Assembly: GCA_964447265.1 (NCBI GenBank)
Contig: CAYUSC010000004.1
Coordinates: 4,197 to 44,851, forward strand
Reading direction: 5' to 3'
DNA length: 40,655 nt
Origin: an uncultured Candidatus Brevefilum sp.
Lineage (GTDB): Bacteria; Chloroflexota; Anaerolineae; Anaerolineales; Anaerolineaceae
Both the position numbers and the translations under genes were made by a program. The notes under the pieces were generated by a model. The model saw nothing but the letters and a program-made list of their open reading frames with translations, was not told the DNA's origin and did not search any database. Below, in pieces: positions 37,034 to 40,655 of this stretch (positions are counted from its first letter, which is position 1; every line of letters begins with the position of its first letter).

Positions 37034-37995
37034 ACTTAATGGTTATTTTACGGGCCGGATTATCCACGGGCACTATCTTGCTGATCGCCGCCATTGGTGA
37101 AATTCTGGCGGAACGCTCCGGCGTGATGAACCTTGGGGTGGAAGGCATGATGCTGATCGGTGCGATGGCTGCCTTCAAAGTGTCTTATGTGACCCAAAAT
37201 GCCTGGCTGGGTTTGTTGGCGGGGATCCTCGCCGGTGGCATCCTCAGTCTGATGCATGGTTTGGTGGTCATCTCTCTGCAAGCTGACCAGACGGTCAGCG
37301 GTCTATCTTTGACGTTTTTGGGGACAGGGTTGGCGCTGGTTCTGGGTGAGGGATTAACTGGCCTTAACACACCCACGCTGCCTTCCTTTTCCATCCCCTT
37401 GCTGTCGAAAATTCCTTTCATCGGGCCGATTTTCTTCACGGATTTCAACCTAATGGTCTTTATCGGCTACCTGCTGATCCCACTATCCTGGTATTACATT
37501 TACAAGACGCGCCCTGGAATGCACATGAGGGCAGTGGGCGAGAAGCCCTCCGCGGCGGACACCCTCGGGATCAACGTTTATGCCACGCGTTATCTTTACA
37601 CCTTTATCGGCGGCTGTTTTGCCGGTATGGCCGGGGCGACGATCAGCATTGCGATCTCACCCGGGTGGTACAGCAACCTGACGACCTCCGGGCAGGGCTG
37701 GATTGCCATTGCCCTGGTGATTTTTGCCCGCTGGAACCCGATCACGGCCGCGGTGGGTGGTTACTTCTTTGGGATGCTGCGGCGGTTCACGCTGGACCTG
37801 CAGGGGCCATCCATGATCTTTGGCCTGCGCAATCCATTCTTCTATGATCTGAACCTGGTCTTCTTCCTGCAGATGGTGCCCTTCCTGCTGACGATCGTGG
37901 CACTGGTTTGGGGTTCCGGCGCAGCCAGAAGGAACCGGCGAGGGACGCCGGCTGCCCTGGGTATCCCCTATATCCGGGGTGAACGCGGCCTATAA
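37030..37995 (+). CDS. Nucleoside/purine ABC transporter permease II
   Basis: ERSGVMNLGVEG, RAVGE.P.AADTLGINV, GQGWIAIALV and P.ALG.PY. ATGA overlap with permease I. Confidence 0.92.
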   Translation: MNLMVILRAGLSTGTILLIAAIGEILAERSGVMNLGVEGMMLIGAMAAFKVSYVTQNAWLGLLAGILAGGILSLMHGLVVISLQADQTVSGLSLTFLGTGLALVLGEGLTGLNTPTLPSFSIPLLSKIPFIGPIFFTDFNLMVFIGYLLIPLSWYYIYKTRPGMHMRAVGEKPSAADTLGINVYATRYLYTFIGGCFAGMAGATISIAISPGWYSNLTTSGQGWIAIALVIFARWNPITAAVGGYFFGMLRRFTLDLQGPSMIFGLRNPFFYDLNLVFFLQMVPFLLTIVALVWGSGAARRNRRGTPAALGIPYIRGERGL

Positions 37996-38013
37996 CTATT
38001 ATTCTAAATCTAT

Positions 38014-40655
38014 ATGAACTCTATCATTCACATCACTGTCAATGGACAGGCGTATTCTTTTTCCATTGAACCCGGCGAAAAACTCGTCGACACATTGCGA
38101 ATACGCCTCCACCTGACCGGGACGAAGGTTGGGTGCGGAGAGGGACAGTGCGGCACGTGCACGGTCCTTTTGGATGGCCGGCCGGTCAAGTCTTGCCTGT
38201 TCCCGGCGGAAAAAGCGGATGGCAAGACGATTCTGACCATCGAGGGGGTGGCCGAGGTTGTGGATGGCGTCCGAAAATTGCACCCTTTGCAAAAAGCATT
38301 CGTCGATCATGGCGCGGTGCAGTGTGGTTTCTGTACGCCGGGGCAGATCATGGCATCTTATGCTCTGCTTGCGAATAATCCAAACCCAAGCTCTGATGAC
38401 ATCCGGAAAGCGTTGAAACGCAACCTTTGTCGCTGCGGCAGTTATCCCTCGATTGAAAAGGCGGTTTTGGCAGCGGCGGAAGCCCTGCGAACCGGCGAAC
38501 CCGTCAAACCACCCGAGGTGACCGATTCCGTACGTCCCGGTAAAGTCGTTGGACGGATGGGAGTCCGGCCTGACGCGGAAGAGAAAGTGACCGGGGAGGC
38601 TGTTTTCACCGATGACCTGGCTTTTGAGGGGATGCTCTTTGCCAGGGTCAAACGGGCATTGGCGCCCCACGGCATGTTGACAAAACTGGATGTGACCCGA
38701 GCGCGATCTTTTCCGGGTGTGGTCGCTGTTCTGACGGCGGACGATATCCCCGGTTCGCATAGGCACGGTCTGGTGTTTCCGGATTGGCCCGTGATGGTGG
38801 GGGTGGGGGAGCAGGTCAGTTACGAAGGAGACGCTGTTGCCATCCTGGCAGCGGAGACTCAGGCGATCGCCGACCAGGCAATTGAATTGATTGAAGTTGA
38901 GGTGGACCCGCTGCCGGTGGTTTCATCGCCGGTGCAAGCCTGCGAGCCGGATGCGCCAAAGCTGCGCGAGACGGGCAACCTGATGGAACATATCAAGGTG
39001 CGCAAGGGGGACCTGACGCAGGGCTTTGCTGAGGCGGATCTGGTCCTTGAAGAGACCTTCACCACACCAACCATGGATCATGCTTTCATGGAGCCGGAGT
39101 GCAGCGTGGCTTTACCGACTGAAGACGGCCGGATGACGGTCTATGTCGCCTCGCAAATTCCTTATGAGGACCGGCGGCAGGTGGCGGAGGCGCTGGATTG
39201 GCCACAGAAACGGGTTCATATCGCCGGCCAGACGATGGGGGGCGGCTTTGGCGGCAAGGAGGATATTGCCGGACAGATCCACGCCGCGCTTTTAGCCAAT
39301 GTCACCGGGCGGCCGGTAAAGCTGCTCTTTGACCGGAAAGAATCCTTGCTGGTACACCCCAAACGACATGCCACCCAGATCACGGTCAAACTGGGGGTGA
39401 AGCAGGATGGGCATCTTACCGCGGCGAGAACTTTGCTGTATGGCGATACGGGTGCTTATGCCTCGCTGGGTGATAAGGTGATGACGCGGGCAACAACCCA
39501 TTCCGCCGGATGTTATGTCATTCCGCACACCAAGGCGGATTGTTACGCGATGTTCACCAATAACCCGCCTTCGGGTGCCTTCCGCGGTTTTGGGGTGATC
39601 CAGGCGAGCTTTGCCATTGAGAGTATGATGGACATGCTGGCCCGCCAACTGGGATTGGACCCCTTCGCCTTCCGCCGGATGAACGCCCTGCGGACGGGGA
39701 CCCGGACCAATACCAACCAATTGCTGGTGGACAGCGTCGGTTTGGTGGAATGCCTGGATAAGGTCGAAGCTAAGCTGCATGAGGTGGCTGGGGATAAACC
39801 CTTTGAGCCTGAGCGGATTACGCGCGAGGGCGGCGAATTTGTGCGCACCTGGGGCGTGGCCGCGGCATTCAAGAATACCGGCTTGGGCAGCGGCGCAGAT
39901 GACAGCTCGGGTGCAATTGTTGAGCTGCAGCCAAATGGACAGTATGATGTGCGGTCTTCCGCGGCCGAACTGGGCCAGGGACTGGTGACCGTGCTGCGGA
40001 TGATCGTTGCTGAAGAACTGGATGCCGATCCAGCGGATGTGCAGGTGCATGTGATGGATACCGATCATGCGCCGGATGGCGGCCCGACCACGGCTTCCCG
40101 CCAGACATATGTCACCGGAAACGCCTCGAAATTTGCGGCACGCGCATTTCGCCAGAAGATCGTGGAATTCCTGGCGGATCATTTTGGCCTTGATCGCGAG
40201 GAAATTCAATTCATGAACAGCCAGGTGCGGGCAGGTGACCAATCATTTGACTTGCAAGCCCTGTATCAGTTGATGACGGCGGAGGGAATTGCAACGGCAG
40301 AGACCTATCGTTATTCTGCACCGGCAACCGAACCGCTGGGTACGGATGGCGATATTCACTTTGCTTTCTCCTTCGCGGTGCAGGCGGTCCAAATTGAGAT
40401 CAATCTGGAAACGGGGGAGATCAAGGTGCTGCATGTGATCACCGCCAATGACGCGGGTGAGGTGATCAATCCGTTGGGGTTCAATGCCCAGGTGGAAGGC
40501 GGCACGGTGATGGGGGTGGGGCATGCCCTGATGGAAGAGGTCCTGCTCGAAGAGGGACACAACCTCACCGAAGGGTTCCGGCAATATCACATCCCCGGCA
40601 TCATGGATACCCCGAAGATTGACACCTTCCCGGTGGAAGCGCCGACCCATGACGG
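38014..40655 (+). CDS. Xanthine dehydrogenase-family molybdenum hydroxylase, 2x[2Fe-2S] fused to Mo-binding subunit (3' truncated)
   Basis: Read manually in frame 1 with no stop to the window end: GCGEGQCGTC, QCGFCTPG, NLCRCG, GGGFGGKED, HPKRH, GDTGAYASLG, AFRGFG, TTASRQT and QVEGG. Confidence 0.92.
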   Translation, partial: MNSIIHITVNGQAYSFSIEPGEKLVDTLRIRLHLTGTKVGCGEGQCGTCTVLLDGRPVKSCLFPAEKADGKTILTIEGVAEVVDGVRKLHPLQKAFVDHGAVQCGFCTPGQIMASYALLANNPNPSSDDIRKALKRNLCRCGSYPSIEKAVLAAAEALRTGEPVKPPEVTDSVRPGKVVGRMGVRPDAEEKVTGEAVFTDDLAFEGMLFARVKRALAPHGMLTKLDVTRARSFPGVVAVLTADDIPGSHRHGLVFPDWPVMVGVGEQVSYEGDAVAILAAETQAIADQAIELIEVEVDPLPVVSSPVQACEPDAPKLRETGNLMEHIKVRKGDLTQGFAEADLVLEETFTTPTMDHAFMEPECSVALPTEDGRMTVYVASQIPYEDRRQVAEALDWPQKRVHIAGQTMGGGFGGKEDIAGQIHAALLANVTGRPVKLLFDRKESLLVHPKRHATQITVKLGVKQDGHLTAARTLLYGDTGAYASLGDKVMTRATTHSAGCYVIPHTKADCYAMFTNNPPSGAFRGFGVIQASFAIESMMDMLARQLGLDPFAFRRMNALRTGTRTNTNQLLVDSVGLVECLDKVEAKLHEVAGDKPFEPERITREGGEFVRTWGVAAAFKNTGLGSGADDSSGAIVELQPNGQYDVRSSAAELGQGLVTVLRMIVAEELDADPADVQVHVMDTDHAPDGGPTTASRQTYVTGNASKFAARAFRQKIVEFLADHFGLDREEIQFMNSQVRAGDQSFDLQALYQLMTAEGIATAETYRYSAPATEPLGTDGDIHFAFSFAVQAVQIEINLETGEIKVLHVITANDAGEVINPLGFNAQVEGGTVMGVGHALMEEVLLEEGHNLTEGFRQYHIPGIMDTPKIDTFPVEAPTHD

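Noticed and set aside
37999-40650. Minus-strand ORFs (255, 316 and 135 aa) at the window end
   Set aside because: Shadows of the plus-strand molybdenum hydroxylase, which the track omitted because it has no stop in the window.
38014-40655. In-frame TGA/selenocysteine in the hydroxylase
   Set aside because: Manual reading found no in-frame stop codon; any selenium would be a non-Sec cofactor.
1-40655. CRISPR arrays, IS elements, integrases, tRNA/rRNA and defence systems
   Set aside because: No regularly spaced repeats, transposase or integrase motifs, or structural RNA signatures were seen by eye.

Overview
A gene-dense, mostly housekeeping bacterial window; protein style suggests an anaerobic Chloroflexota/Anaerolineae genome (inference only). 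It holds about 37 CDS: translation and tRNA genes (typA, tsaC, prmC, prfA, tgt), envelope genes (alr, uppP, MGDG-type glycosyltransferase), proC, rpiB, a gluconokinase, an ArsR-MFS pair, an HDAC-phosphatase-GNAT cluster, a polar amino-acid ABC transporter, and a BMP-family ABC transporter followed by a fused 2Fe-2S/molybdopterin xanthine-dehydrogenase-family gene that runs off the window and is missing from the ORF track. I saw no mobile elements, CRISPR arrays, rRNA or tRNA. The best signal lies below the ORF-track size cutoff: a complete ribosome-stalling attenuator upstream of the amino-acid ABC operon, with a 27-aa leader peptide containing KRKHHHNR and overlapping antiterminator and terminator structures. 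Both ABC operons also share an odd layout: a 4-codon mini-ORF with a strong Shine-Dalgarno before the binding-protein gene and a long hairpin after it. Other regulatory signals are an ECF-sigma-type promoter, a 13-bp operator palindrome and an apparently leaderless alr.
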